DNA from: a virus
Lineage: Duplodnaviria > Heunggongvirae > Uroviricota > Caudoviricetes
Length of the DNA stretch: 7,847 bases
Virus record (IMG/VR): IMGVR_UViG_2671180338_000002
Span: 1-7,847 of that record
Strand: one strand, 5' to 3'
This document shows positions 7,069-7,847 of this stretch, in pieces. Positions within the stretch are counted from its first letter, which is position 1. Every line of letters starts with the position of its first letter. A program made the translations under genes and the position numbers. The notes under the pieces were generated by a model that had not been told where the DNA came from, made no database searches, and saw nothing but the letters and a program-made list of their open reading frames with translations.

Positions 7069-7679
7069 ACACGGCAGCGGAAGCCATTCGCGCCCTGTCG
7101 ATGCAGATGCCGGGCTTTCGCCGTCAGATGAACGAAGGCTGGTACCAGATACGTATTGCCGGTTATGACACGGCACCGGAGGCGGTGTACGCCCGTCTTC
7201 ACGAACAGCTGGGTGAGGGAACGGTCATCCACATTGTGCCGCGACTGGCCGGGGCCGGAAAGGGTGGACTGCAGATTGTGCTGGGGGCGGCAGCCATCGT
7301 GGGCTCTTTCTTCACTGCCGGGGCATCAATGGCGTTATGGGGTTCAGCCCTGGCAGCCGGTGGTTTTTCTGCCACCACGATGCTGTTTTCACTTGGAGCC
7401 AGCATGATTCTGGGCGGTGTGGCCCAGATGCTGGCCCCGAAGGCAAAAACACCGGATTACCGCGCAACGGATAACGGCAGACAGAACACGTACTTTTCCT
7501 CACTGGATAACATGATTGCCCAGGGGAACCCGATGCCGGTGCCTTACGGGGAAATGCTGGTTGGCTCCCGCCGTATATCCCAGGACATCAGCACCCGTGA
7601 TGAAGGCGGGGGCGGAAAGGTCGTGNNNNNNNNNNNNNNNNNNNNNNNNNAGGTCGTGGTTATCGGGCGGCAGGGGTAA
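6966..7679 (+). CDS. I: Tail tip assembly protein I (interrupted by a 25-nt N-run at 7626-7650)
   Basis: ORF MATTNAFSLASPPLARICLHGDLQRFGRRLSLYVNTAAEAIRAL... with an N-terminal compact domain ending ..IHIVPRLAGAGKGG followed by a Gly/Ala-rich hydrophobic C-terminal half; recognisable as lambda gpI; overlaps the 3' end of K by 103 nt in a different frame, as K and I do in lambda. Confidence 0.83.
   Translation: MATTNAFSLASPPLARICLHGDLQRFGRRLSLYVNTAAEAIRALSMQMPGFRRQMNEGWYQIRIAGYDTAPEAVYARLHEQLGEGTVIHIVPRLAGAGKGGLQIVLGAAAIVGSFFTAGASMALWGSALAAGGFSATTMLFSLGASMILGGVAQMLAPKAKTPDYRATDNGRQNTYFSSLDNMIAQGNPMPVPYGEMLVGSRRISQDISTRDEGGGGKVVXXXXXXXXXVVVIGRQG
7626..7650. other. Run of 25 N (assembly gap or masked bases) within the 3' end of gene I
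   Basis: Literal n characters at 7626-7650; flanked on both sides by the identical octamer AGGTCGTG (7618-7625 and 7651-7658). Confidence 0.99.
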
Positions 7680-7725
7680 AAAGAATAAAAAAATCCCGCA
7701 GTGATCGCGGACAGGAACTGCGGGA
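7680..7725 (-). terminator. Candidate rho-independent terminator for a leftward (minus-strand) transcript
   Basis: Inverted repeat TCCCGCAGT (7694-7702) / ACTGCGGGA (7717-7725), a 9-bp GC-rich stem with a 14-nt loop; on the minus strand the stem is followed immediately by TTTTTTTATTCTTT (plus 7680-7693). On the plus strand no U-run follows, so it is not a plus-strand terminator. Confidence 0.45.
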
Positions 7726-7789
7726 GAGTTACGAAGATTAAGTGTAAGGAATTATTCTTATATCACGACAAAAAAATTAACGCAGAGAA

Positions 7790-7817
7790 ATTATACGCGC
7801 CACAGTCAGTTTGTGAA
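7790..7817 (-). promoter_or_regulatory. Candidate sigma70 promoter on the minus strand (-35 TTCACA, 16-nt spacer, -10 TATAAT)
   Basis: Minus-strand reading: TTCACA (plus 7812-7817), 16 nt, TATAAT (plus 7790-7795), a perfect -10 hexamer and 4/6 match to the -35 consensus, inside an AT-rich non-coding stretch. Confidence 0.35.
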
Positions 7818-7847
7818 AATGTGAAGATATTCAGAATTTTTATGCCA

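Noticed and set aside
7626-7650. N-run as a biological feature
   Set aside because: Ns are unknown or masked bases, not sequence; the flanking 8-nt identity points to an assembly or scaffolding artefact.
7694-7725. Hairpin read as a plus-strand terminator ending the tail operon after I
   Set aside because: On the plus strand the stem is followed by GAGAGTTACGAAG, not a U-run; the T-run is on the opposite side, so it is only terminator-like for minus-strand transcripts.
1-7847. Search for CRISPR repeats, tRNA/rRNA genes, transposase or IS ends, integrase or att sites, toxin-antitoxin or defence-island signatures
   Set aside because: By eye I found no regularly spaced direct repeats, no tRNA-like structures, no long terminal inverted repeats and no unassigned ORFs; all coding capacity from 2 to 7679 is accounted for by the tail genes.

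Overview
The window is almost entirely a canonical lambda-like siphovirus tail morphogenesis module on the + strand, colinear with phage lambda: FII (3' end), Z, U, V, G and G-T (programmed -1 frameshift), H (tape measure), M, L, K, I. Assignments rest on my recognition of the translated ORFs as close homologues of the lambda tail proteins and on the conserved gene order; no database search was run, so I give no identity figures. The genes are tightly packed with overlapping stop/start codons, typical of a phage late operon, most likely from a lambdoid phage or prophage of an enterobacterium. I see no tRNA, rRNA, CRISPR array, transposase or recognisable defence system. Features the tail genes do not explain are: (1) a 25-nt N-run inside the 3' end of gene I, flanked by an identical 8-nt repeat, which looks like an assembly artefact; (2) an abruptly AT-rich final ~170 nt with no J start where lambda would have one, carrying on the minus strand a sigma70-like promoter and an intrinsic-terminator-like hairpin that together would delimit a ~100-nt leftward transcript (candidate sRNA or moron edge). 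I cannot support any claim of a novel multi-gene system in this window; the most interesting known biology is the G-T frameshift and the K/I pair.
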